DNA of 64,000 nt, from contig CAVVPI010000011.1 in assembly GCA_963750055.1 (NCBI GenBank), positions 72,503 through 136,502 on the forward strand. The letters are read 5' to 3'. Below are positions 1-9,239 of the stretch, in pieces. The notes under the pieces are model-generated. The model made no database searches and was not told the origin of the DNA. It worked only from the letters and a program-made list of their open reading frames with translations. Source of the stretch: an uncultured Actinomycetota bacterium (GTDB taxonomy: Bacteria > Actinomycetota > Actinomycetes > Mycobacteriales > Micromonosporaceae). A program made the translations under genes and the position numbers. Numbering within the stretch: position 1 is the stretch's first letter; each line of letters opens with the position of its first letter.

Positions 1-40
1 GTTAGCGCGCCCGGCCGAAGCCGGCACGGCGTACCGGTCG

Positions 41-286
41 GTGTCGTACTCGCCGCTGCGGCCCTGGCAGGTGCGCTCGCGTCGGTTCACCCCGGTCGGC
101 TTCCGGCATCGGGGGGTGGACGCGGGTGAGGTGGGGGTCTTCCTGGACCGGGTCGCCGACGACCTGGAGCAGTTGTATCGGGATCTGGCGGGGACGCGGG
201 AGCAGAACCATCGGATCAAAGACGCGTTACGACGCTGGCAGTCACAGCAGGCGGTGTCGCCGCTGGACCTGGCGGGCCGCCGATGA
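41..286 (+). CDS. DivIVA domain-containing small protein (module copy A)
   Basis: 81 aa ORF. N-terminal motif '...VRSRRFTPVGFRHRGVDAGEVGVFLDRVADDLEQL' matches the DivIVA N-terminal domain consensus (F..v..rGYd..eVD.FLd.v), followed by a coiled-coil-like tail. ATGA stop/start overlap with the next ORF. Paralogs at 47996-48475 and ~49215-49560. Confidence 0.6.
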   Translation: MSYSPLRPWQVRSRRFTPVGFRHRGVDAGEVGVFLDRVADDLEQLYRDLAGTREQNHRIKDALRRWQSQQAVSPLDLAGRR

Positions 287-543
287 CCGGCACGGAACGG
301 TACGTCGTACACCTGCCCTTCACCGCCGCCGACCTGGACCAGGCGCGGCTGATGGCCCGCACCCTGGCCCGGTCGGTGTCGTTCCTGGCCGAGGTCGACA
401 TCCCCGAATCAACCGTCTCCGCTGAGGACGATCAGAGCGTGCAGTACCGGCTCTTCTGCGACCGCCTGCTGGAGAACGGGCGACGCTGTGTGCTGCGCGC
501 CGAGCATGAGGTGCCGTGCGCACCGCGGGCGGTGAACCGGTGA
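283..543 (+). CDS. small conserved hypothetical protein, second gene of module A
   Basis: 86 aa ORF '...RYVVHLPFTAADLDQARLMARTLARSVSFLAEVDIPESTVSAEDDQSVQYRLFCDRLLENGRRCVLRAEHEVPC'. It is a clear paralog of the C-terminal half of the 47996-48475 ORF ('RYLVHVTVAAEDLITARRLAAALGRAVSFLTDVSPGETTVTEEGDQDVHHRVFCDRLLANGRRCTLRAEHDGDC'). GTGA overlap with the downstream gene. Confidence 0.45.
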   Translation: MTGTERYVVHLPFTAADLDQARLMARTLARSVSFLAEVDIPESTVSAEDDQSVQYRLFCDRLLENGRRCVLRAEHEVPCAPRAVNR

Positions 544-2677
544 CCCCGATCCCCGAACCACGGCATCCCAAGCCCAGGTCTGGGCCGGTGGTGTCGGCGG
601 TGTCGGTGGTGGACTGCTCGGTCTGCGCCGGGGTGACCTTCACCGTCGACACCTGCCGCTGCATCGAAACCGGAGACGCGTTCATCATCGAAGGCGAACG
701 CACCCCGCGGTGGGGCGTACCGGGACTGTCTGGTCTGTCGCGGCACCGGATCTGTCGCCCAGGGCTGCCGAGGCTGCGGCGAAACCGGGAAACGGCGGGC
801 CCAGGTCGTGCTCAGCATGGTCAACCTCGACACCGGCCGGGTCGCCTCGGTGAGCGTCGTGCCCGGCGTGATCGAACCCGAACCCTGGCCCGAAGGCGTC
901 GGCTGGCAACTCCCCGTCGTACCGCTGATCCACCAGCTCGCCGCTTCGGTGGGGGCGGGAAGCTGGCGAGACCTCGTCGACCCCGGACGACCACTGGTCG
1001 GGCCGATCATCTACCTGCCCCACACCTGGCGCCCCAACCTCCCAGCGCCGAACCGCCGCGCCTTGGAGGCGAAGGCGCTCGCCGGGGAATCGGCGCACCC
1101 CTGGTACGTGTACCTCGGCCACACCAACCCCAACCCACCCCCCGATCCGGACCGCGACCTGGGCCGGTTCTGCCGGGTCGCCGACCTGCTCCGGCTGGAC
1201 CTGATCGTGGAAGCCCGGCGTAGCTACGGGAAACTCTGCTGGTCAATCCGGTACGAAATCCCCGGCAGCGATATTCCGCCGGAGCCCGGCCGGTGGTCCG
1301 ACTACGACCTGCCCACCGCCGTCGCCGCCGCCACCATCGACGATGCGCTTTATGGCATCGAAGAACGCGGACAGAACGCGCCCGCCCACTACCCGAGCCT
1401 CGAATGCGCCCAGCCGAGTCGAGTTGGCGGGTGAACCCCGGGTGGAGGTCGACCAGATCGAACGGCGAGTTATCAGCGCCCTCACCGAACTCGACACCGC
1501 CAGGCCCGCCGCCGGAGCACAAGCCATCTGGCGTGACGGCCGCTGGTGGTACACCCGCCTCAAAGCCGGCGGCACCCACATCCGCATGGTTGAACGATCC
1601 ACCGGGCAGATCGTCCGCCGGCACACCACCATCCTGCTCCGCACCTGGGAACCACCCATGCCAGCGTGGATCGGCGCGCCGATCCCGTTCAGCCCGTGCC
1701 CGGACTGCGACCCGAAGAGTCGGCTCCGTAAATGCATCTGCACCCAGCTCACCCCACCCGTGGCGCCCGCCTGCCCCACCTGCCACGGCGCCGGTTGGCA
1801 CCCCACCGCCCTGCACTGCTACACCTGCGCCGACAGCCACCGCGTCTACCACGGCAGCCTCATCACCATCAGCGACCTGACCCACCAGGCCATCCACCTG
1901 GCCTGGAAAATCGGCGACCCGAACGCCACACCGGCGCCGCTGGTCGCCACCCAACCCGGCGGGAAACCCGTCCACCAACTCCCCCAGCCCTACCGACTCG
2001 GCCACCACGCCACCGCCCTCGGCGCCCGCCCAGCGGACCTCGTACGCGCCGACGGCAACTTCACCCTCGACCAGGACCTCGCCGAAGGCACCGTCACCGT
2101 CAACCACGCCGGAGCCGACCCCTACGCACAGCAGATCGCCAACACCGCCCGGGGCCAACCCGGCGCCCGACTCATCCTCCGCGCCACCGCGCCCAGGGTG
2201 CCCACCCTGCCCCAGCTCATCCAGGCCCTTCTCGGCCTTCACCTCACCGTCACCGTGACCCTGACCGACCACTCACCGAACCTCGGCGACCCCCACGCCA
2301 TCCAGGGTGAAAGCTGGGACATCACCGCCAGCCCCGCAGACCGGCCACCCGTGCCCGCCGACCCGCCCACCCGCAACACCCCCGAAGCGGCCATCGCCTA
2401 CTGTCTCGAATTTCTCGAACTCACCACCGACGACGCCACCCCGGACGATCCCCACCAACCCGTACCCGTCCCCCAAACCCCGGAACCCTTCGAAGTCGAA
2501 GACCCCACCGCACTCATCCGACGCCTCGCCCACCAGTACGCCGGCCAACCCGCCGCTGTCCACTATCGAGCAGACGGCTGCCGCCTCCTCCTTCGCGAGC
2601 GCGACGACGACGTACGACACCTCGCCACCGCCGAAACCCTCACCGCCGCCCTCACCGCCCTCGGCCTCCTCACCTGA
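540..2677 (+). CDS. large Cys-rich (multiple CxxC / Zn-ribbon-like motifs) conserved hypothetical protein, module A; two apparent frame changes
   Basis: Homology to the 45899-47998 minus-strand gene runs through three plus frames: frame 0 at 540-~715, frame 1 at ~721-1434, frame 2 at ~1440-2677. Motifs include CSVCAGVTFTVDTCRC, CRGCGETG, CPDCD...CIC...CPTCHG...CYTCADSH. The frame switch near 712-724 lies in a GGGG/CCCC context. Either a pseudogene or indel errors. Confidence 0.5.
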
Positions 2678-2712
2678 CCGGTGACCGTTGACCCTGCACC
2701 GATGGCTCCGTG

Positions 2713-2766
2713 ATCATGAGGTTATCCCCGTTGAGAGCGCTCTCAACGGGGATAACCTCATGATCG
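2713..2766. repeat. perfect 54-bp palindrome (27-bp arms), family copy 1
   Basis: gatcatgaggttatccccgttgagagc|gctctcaacggggataacctcatgatc is exactly self-complementary. It lies between convergent gene ends (2677 plus, 2796 minus). Outer 15 nt and central 12 nt are shared with the 18553 copy. Confidence 0.9.
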
Positions 2767-2795
2767 ACATGGTAAAAGAAGGGGGGCGCGGGCGG

Positions 2796-3122
2796 TCAGG
2801 AGCCGCAGTAGTTGCCGACGTCGACCGGGATGGTGAAGGTCCCCGCCCCACCCGCGCCGGAGGAGATCACCCCGCCCGGTCCAGCGATCTCGGCGCTAGC
2901 TCCGTCCGTCTTGATCTCCAGCCAGACGGTCTGGCCGGCGTCGTGCACCTTCGCGGTGCCGCTGAACGGGCTGGAGCTGGTCAACGACCCGAACCCGAGG
3001 ATCCCACTCGACTTTCCGTTGAGCACTCCGGTGACATGACCGGTGCCGTCCGGCTTGATGGCGGCCACCATGTCGCCGGTGTAGGTCCAGCCATAGCCAT
3101 CGGACTCCACCTTGCCGCTCAT
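2796..3122 (-). CDS. hypothetical small protein (Gly/Ser-rich)
   Basis: ORF read from the internal Met 'MSGKVESDGYGWTYTGDMVAAIKPDGTGHVTGVLNGKSSGILGFG...VDVGNYCGS'. Protein-like composition in lower-GC DNA. No recognisable family. Confidence 0.35.
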   Translation of the reverse strand: MSGKVESDGYGWTYTGDMVAAIKPDGTGHVTGVLNGKSSGILGFGSLTSSSPFSGTAKVHDAGQTVWLEIKTDGASAEIAGPGGVISSGAGGAGTFTIPVDVGNYCGS

Positions 3123-3138
3123 CTTGATTTTCCAGTTC

Positions 3139-3825
3139 TCAGTCGGAGCCCGCGCAGACCGTCCCGGTGAAGGTGATCCCGCCAATCGTGGTATTGATCC
3201 GGTAATCGCCGCCATAGTCCACCACCGGGAAAGATTCGCCGAAGTCGTACCAGCCGCCCTGCTCCAACGCACTCAGGGCCAGCTTGAGGGCGCCCGCGGC
3301 CCAACCGGCCGGACCGCCGATCACCGCACCGACCATGATGCCGAGCCCTTCCAGAAGGTCTTCCCAGTAGTCATCCGGCTTGCTGTTGTACGTTCCATTC
3401 AGCCGGAAGGACTTCTCCACCTTCTTGGCGGTGTCCGCCACCTGCTTGGGCTGCCGGTGACCGATCACGGTCGCGGCGGCCTGGCCGCTTGTCGTTCGTT
3501 TTGACAAAGGACAATCCGACCGGGGTCGCCTGGTCGATCTTGACCAGCGGCAGGCCGTTGGAGGCGGCGGTGAAGCCTTCCTTGGGGTGCCACTCGACCT
3601 CCGCGTCCTTCACCGGGCCGCTGTCAGTGAAGGAGAAGTCCAGGCCGACCGCCGCCAGGAAGTGCGGTAGCAGTTGGCCACCTCCCATCCCTCGGTGTCG
3701 AACTTGAGCGTCACCTTTACCACGGCCTTCGCGCCGTCCTGGCTCGCGCTACGGGTCCGCTCGAGCTTCTTCGGTGACATCTCCATGGTCGGCTTGAAGA
3801 AGGCCCCGGAAACAACCAGTTTCAT
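3139..3825 (-). CDS. hypothetical protein with one predicted TM segment, read across 2 apparent frameshifts
   Basis: Three minus-frame ORF pieces (3610-3825, 3371-3688, 3139-3507) join into one plausible protein ('MKLVVSGAFFKPTMEMSPKK...GPVKDAEVEWHPKEGFTAASNGLPLVKIDQ...GIMVGAVIGGPAGWAAGALKLAL...'). No family assignment. Confidence 0.3.
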
Positions 3826-3952
3826 GAAGCCAGCAGGGTCGAGACGACCACGCCCAATACGTCCGCGCCGAGCTTTTGAGTCCGGGCTTGGCGGCGGCTA
3901 TTCGCGGCGCACGTGCCCACCTCTCCGCCCAGGTCCCCCAGCCGGTCGTAGA

Positions 3953-4675
3953 TCAAGTCGTTGACGCCGCTGACGGGGTGAGTTTGCAGTCAGCGGCACC
4001 GGTCCATGGTCGAGCGGCGCCGCACCCACGGCGTACCCGACCGGTTTGATCACCGACTCCGCCCCCGCCGCCACCGGCGGGCGTGGCGGTCCGGGCGACG
4101 CCCTGTATCCCGGCGGAATACCGCATCAGCAGCAGCGTCGTGCTCACCGGACCGAGCCGGAGCGCCGACGGGTCGGCCACCTCCTTGCCAAGGTCCAGCG
4201 GGATGGAAGCCCGCTTCTCCAACTCGAAGACGAACGACGCGATGAACTTGTCCGTGGCGTGCTTGCCGGCAGCGGCCTTGCGGAGGTCGACCAGCAGGCC
4301 CTTCATGATCGCCTTTTCGTCGAGTTTCGTCTTCGGGTCGAGCGCCCCGATCGCGAACGCCAGCATCGGCCCCATCCCCAGTTGGCGGTCGCCCCGCTCC
4401 TGTAGCGAGGCGAGCAGGCCGATCTCCCCAGCCTGGATGCCTGCCCGATACTGGGATTCATCGGCTTCCGGAAGATCTTCCCATCGACTCCAGTGATGGT
4501 GATGCCGGCCAAATTGACTGCGGTGGCCAGCGCGGCGATCCCCTCCGGCCCACCCTTCATCACCGACTCGGCGAGGGTGGCGACGGCCTTGCCATCGCCA
4601 GCCTTGACCGGCACTGGCGCACCGATCCGCTCGGTGTCGATCCCGGTTGTGGCGAACACCTGATCGCCCGATCAT
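3953..4675 (-). CDS. hypothetical protein (frameshifted)
   Basis: ORFs 4303-4659 and 3953-4675 in two minus frames carry protein-like sequence ('...GITITGVDGKIF...MGPMLAFAIGALDPKTKLDEKAIMKGLLVDLRKAAAGKHATDKFIASFVFELEKRASIPLDLGKE...'). Unknown family. Confidence 0.3.
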   Translation of the reverse strand: MIGRSGVRHNRDRHRADRCASAGQGWRWQGRRHPRRVGDEGWAGGDRRAGHRSQFGRHHHHWSRWEDLPEADESQYRAGIQAGEIGLLASLQERGDRQLGMGPMLAFAIGALDPKTKLDEKAIMKGLLVDLRKAAAGKHATDKFIASFVFELEKRASIPLDLGKEVADPSALRLGPVSTTLLLMRYSAGIQGVARTATPAGGGGGGVGDQTGRVRRGCGAARPWTGAADCKLTPSAASTT

Positions 4676-4779
4676 CCGCGTTCGGGCAGCCCGCTTTGGT
4701 GCAGGCGGTCAGGACGACACGCGGCGACCACCAGTTGCGCCACTGCGCGCACAGAAATATCCCCGGCGGGCTGCGAATT

Positions 4780-5349
4780 TCATCGGTTAGCTGCCACCTT
4801 GCCGACCTCGATTGAGAGATCCTTGTCGAACACCGTCGGCTTCGAGAGGTCCGGCATGGCAAGCACGTGCAGGAAGTACGGCTTCCGGCCGGCAGTACGA
4901 ACAGCCCATCTTTGTCGGCCCAGACCGCCTTCTCTCCGACGCCACTCACCGACCCGTCCCCGTCGGTGCGCACCGAGCCTTCCCACTCACCGGCGGGCCG
5001 GGCGGAAACCTGGATGCCGACCGTGGCATCCGCGCTGAAGTACATGCAGCCGCCCAGGTACGAGCCCGAGGGCGGGTTCTTCTCCGGCGGCCCCGCCGCC
5101 GGCGCACCCACCACCGATGGCGAAGTCGTCGGCGGTGAACAGCTCGCAGGTGTCGACCGGCTCGGCGGCGGCGCCGTCCGAGGGGCCAGCGCCCTCCGCC
5201 TCCTTCACGATTTCCTTCGCCGCGTCCACCGCGTCACTCGCCGGGTCCGCACCCCCACATCCGGCCAGGGCGAACACGAGTACGCCCGCGAGCCCGACGT
5301 TACGCACAACTGATCCGATTCGGATCCCCACTGGAATTTTCCCTCTCAT
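4780..5349 (-). CDS. putative lipoprotein (DUF3558-like), frameshifted
   Basis: N-terminus 'MRGKIPVGIRIGSVVRNVGLAGVLVFALAGCGGADPASD' has a signal peptide plus lipobox (LAGC). The C-terminal part continues in another frame to '...PTVFDKDLSIEVGKVAAN'. Paralog of 5414-5983. Confidence 0.45.
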
Positions 5350-5413
5350 GAAACTGACTCGACCGCGTCGAGGGGCCTGCTCAGCCGACCCCAGGAGGTC
5401 GCGACCTTACCGG

Positions 5414-5983
5414 CTAGCCACTACCTCGCCGATCTCGACTGACAGATCCTTGTCGAACACCGTCGGGTTCGACAGATCCGGCATGACAATCACCTGCAGG
5501 AAGTACGGCTTCCCGGCCGGCAGTACCAGCAATCCGATCTGGTCGGTCCAGCCCGCCTTCTCGCCAACGCCACTCACCGAATCCCGTCGTAGGCCTTACC
5601 GTAGCGTCCCATTCCCTAGCGGGTCGGGCGGTCAGGTTGAGGCTCGCCGTAGCGTCCTCGCTGATGTACAGGCAGTAACCCAGCATGGGAACCCCCGGCC
5701 TCTCGACTCTCACCGGGGCCCCCGCCGGCTTGCCGAACACCGAGACGAAATCATCGTCGCTGAAGAGCGCGCAGGCGTCGACCGGTTCGGCGCCGACGCC
5801 CCTCGGCCTGTCAGCGCCCCCCGCCACCTCCACAATCTTTTTCGCCGCGTCCGCCGCATCATCCGCCGGGTTCGTGCCACCGCAGGCCGCCAGGGCGAGC
5901 ACGAGTACGCCTGCCAGTCCGCCGGCCCGCACAACTGATCCGATCCGTTTCCCCACTGGATTCCCCCTCCTGAACCGACTCAA
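5414..5983 (-). CDS. putative lipoprotein paralog (DUF3558-like)
   Basis: 'MSRFRRGNPVGKRIGSVVRAGGLAGVLVLALAACGGTNPADD...GYCLYISEDATASLNLTARPAREWD' has signal peptide + lipobox (LAAC) and is ~50% identical to 4780-5349. Its C-terminal ~30 aa are encoded in another frame (apparent frameshift ~5570). Confidence 0.45.
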   Translation of the reverse strand: MSRFRRGNPVGKRIGSVVRAGGLAGVLVLALAACGGTNPADDAADAAKKIVEVAGGADRPRGVGAEPVDACALFSDDDFVSVFGKPAGAPVRVERPGVPMLGYCLYISEDATASLNLTARPAREWDATVRPTTGFGEWRWREGGLDRPDRIAGTAGREAVLPAGDCHAGSVEPDGVRQGSVSRDRRGSG

Positions 5984-6152
5984 CCGCGTCGAGGGGCCGC
6001 TGAGCTGACCTCGGGCACGACGCGGGCAGGCCGGTCACGACCCGTGGTCCGGGCGTACCGGCCTGCCCGCCAACAGCCAACCGCATCGCGACCCTCGCAT
6101 AACACCGGGAAAACCCTTGAACCAGGTTTGTATACGTTGATCGTGAAGGGGG

Positions 6153-8913
6153 ATGATGCAGGGCCGCGAGCGCGAGTTGGCCCAACTCGAACAGGTGGTC
6201 ATCGCCGCCCGGGCCGGCCGGGCCGAAGTGCTCGTGGTTGCCGGCGAGGCGGGCATCGGGAAGACCACCCTGCTCGACACGGCGATCCGCGCCGCCGAGG
6301 AAACCAGCTGCTGCGCACCACCGGTACGCAGACCGAGGCGCACCTCGGTTTCGTCGGGCTGGTCGACGTACTCACCCCGGTGCTCGACCATCGGCGGCGG
6401 CTGCCACCGGCGCAGCGACAGGCGATTGACCGGGCGCTCGCCCTGGGCCGGGCCTCGGCCCCACCCGCCGGGGACGGTCGGCTCGCCCTACGGATCGCCA
6501 CCCTCGCGCTGCTCGCCAGGGCGGCGGAGGAGAGCCCGGTGCTCGTGGTCGTCGATGACGCCCACTGGGTCGATCAGGAATCCCTCGACACGCTGATGTT
6601 CGCCGCCCGCCGACTCGCCGCCGATCGGATCGGCTTCCTCTTCGCCGTACGAACTCCGGCGGGTGTGCCACCGGCGACCAGCCCACCGATGTCTGGTCTG
6701 GCCGGTTTCCCCACGCTGTGACTCTCCGGCCTCGACGCGCGGACCACCGATGCGCTACTCACAGCCACCGCACCGCAACTGACCGACCAGCCGGTCCGCG
6801 ACGCGATCCTCGCCACCGCCGCCGGTAACCCGCTCGCCCTGCAGGAAATCCCCCGGCTACTCGGCCCGGACGCGCTGGCCAGCGCGGTGCTGGCCCGGCC
6901 GCTCCCGGTCGGCGACGCGATCCGCCGGAGCATCGGCCAGATGCTCACCAACCTGGGGGAACGACCCGGCTGGCGCTGGTCGTTGCGGCGGCCTCCCAGG
7001 AACCGTCCTGGGCGGACCTCCACACCGCGCTCACCGAACTCGGACTCTCCCCCGCAGACCTGGAGCCCGCCGACGAAGCCGGTTTGATCCACCTCGGCGT
7101 CGAGCCGGGGTTCCGGCACCCGCTGGTCCGAGCGGCGGTCTACCACGAGGCCCCGACCGCGAGCCGTCGCGCGGCCCACCGGGCACTCGCGGCGGCCGCG
7201 ACCGGCGACCAAGCCGCCGAGACCCGCGCCGGGCATCTGGCCTCGGCCGCCACCGGCCCCGACCCGACGGTGGCACAGGCGCTGGCCGACGCCGGCCGCA
7301 CCGCCGGTGACCGGGGGGCCTGGCAGACCGCGATGACCGCCTACCGGCGGGCGGCCCAGTTCACCACCGACCCGAAGCTGCGTACCGCCCATCTGCTCGC
7401 CGCCGCCCAGGCCGCGCTGCTCGCCTCGGCGCCGAGCGCGGCGGAGATCGCCGTCTCGGCGGCGGCGACGCCCGATCCCCTGGTACGCGCCCAGGCACAC
7501 CGGATTCTCGCCACGCTCTGGAACATCAATGGTGACGCCCGCCGGGCGGCCAGTCTGCTGATCGCCTCCGCCGACCGGATCGCCGCGCTCGACGCCGAAT
7601 TCAGCATGCTGTTGCGCCTCGACGCCGCCGCGTTCGCGCTGCACTGCGGCGACTACGAACTCGCCGACTCGGTGGCGCACGACGCCGTCGAGCGCTCCGC
7701 GGCGCTCGGTGGTGAACTGCTGCTGGCCGCCCGGGTCGCCCAGGGCTGGGTCCGCTTCTGCCGGGCCGAGGCCGACCCGGCGGAGCCGTTCGGCGTACCG
7801 GTGGCCGAGGTTACCGCGCGCATCCCGACCGGCCCCGGTGTGCTGCCGTTCCCGCGCTCGCCCTGCCCTGGCTGGAGTACTACGACCAGGCGCGGGCAGT
7901 GCTCGATCGGCTCCAAGCCGACCCCGCCGGGAACATCGCACCCGACCTGCTGTCGTTCGCCCGCACCGTCGACGCGGACCTCGCGTTCCGTACCGGCCGG
8001 TGGACCATCGGCTTCGCCACCGCGTCGGACGCCGCCCGGCTCGCCGGCGACCTGGGACCGCAACATCCGGGCCCGGGCCCTGGCCCTGCTCGCGCAGTAC
8101 GCGGCAGCCATGGGCCGGTCCGACGAATGCGAACGGTACGTGACCGAGGCGGTCGAGATCGCCCAGTCCACCGGCCTGATGCCGATCGAGGTCTTCGGTG
8201 CGCCGCCCTCGGACTGCTGGCCTGCGGCGCCCGGGACTACGAGACCGTGGTGGCGCAGCTCAACATCGTTCGGACCGACCTCGAATCATGTGGGGTACGG
8301 CATCCCGGCATCGTTCCCTGGGCGGCGGACCTGATCGAGGCGCTGCACCGGACCGGCGCCACCGACGCGGCCGGGCGACTGCTGACCGAGTACGCACAGC
8401 GGGTGGCCCGTACCCGGTACCGGACCGGCGAGATCGGCATCCTGCGCTGCCGGATCGTGCTGGGCCAGTCCGACGGGCACCTCGCGACCGCCGTCGAGCA
8501 CTCGGGTACGACAGCCCGGTCCCGGCCCCGTTGAGCAGGCCCGGCTGCTGCTCGCGTACGGGGAACACTGCGGATAGCGGGCAGCGCACCGCGTCCCGCC
8601 AGCCACTGCGTGATGCCGGACTGGTCTTACCCGGCTGGGCGCCCGGCCATGGGCGGACCGGGCCGCCGCCGAACTACGGGCCGCCGGAGGTCGGGGCGTA
8701 CCGTCGGTCAGCTCGCCGCTCGCTCAGCTCAGTCAGCAGGAGTTGCAGGTCGCCCGGCAGGTGGTGCGCGGCGCGCGTAACCGGGAGGTGGCCACCGCGC
8801 TGTTTCTCAGCCCGAAGACGGTCGAGGGTCACCTGAGCAACGTCTACCGCAAATTCGGCATCCGGTCCCGGGCCGAGCTCGTCGCCCGGCTGGCCGGCAT
8901 CGACCTCGACTGA
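6153..8913 (+). CDS. LAL-type (large ATP-binding LuxR family) transcriptional regulator, with >=4 apparent frameshifts
   Basis: N-terminal AAA/P-loop 'VVAGEAGIGKTTLLDTA'; central TPR-like helical region in ORFs 6044-6721, 7084-8334 and 7899-8534; C-terminal LuxR HTH 'LSQQELQVARQVVRGARNREVATALFLSPKTVEGHLSNVYRKFGIRSRAELVARLAGIDLD' ends at 8913. The pieces lie in 3 frames. Confidence 0.65.

Positions 8914-9239
<326 letters not shown>

Noticed and set aside
2-211. 69 aa minus-strand ORF at the window start
   Set aside because: It is antisense to the DivIVA gene with Arg/Pro-rich composition typical of out-of-frame high-GC translation. It runs off the window. No independent support.
1007-2310. 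Long Gly/Arg/Pro-rich ORFs antisense to, or out of frame with, the module-A large gene (1007-2272 minus, 1732-2310 plus, 1293-1880 plus)
   Set aside because: Their composition (poly-R/P/G/H) is characteristic of alternative frames in ~70% GC coding DNA. The sense frame carries the conserved paralog signal. The same applies to 6574-7941 minus, 18180-19169 plus, 19034-20249 minus, 23228-24112 plus, 38416-39621 plus, and 45859-46746 minus.
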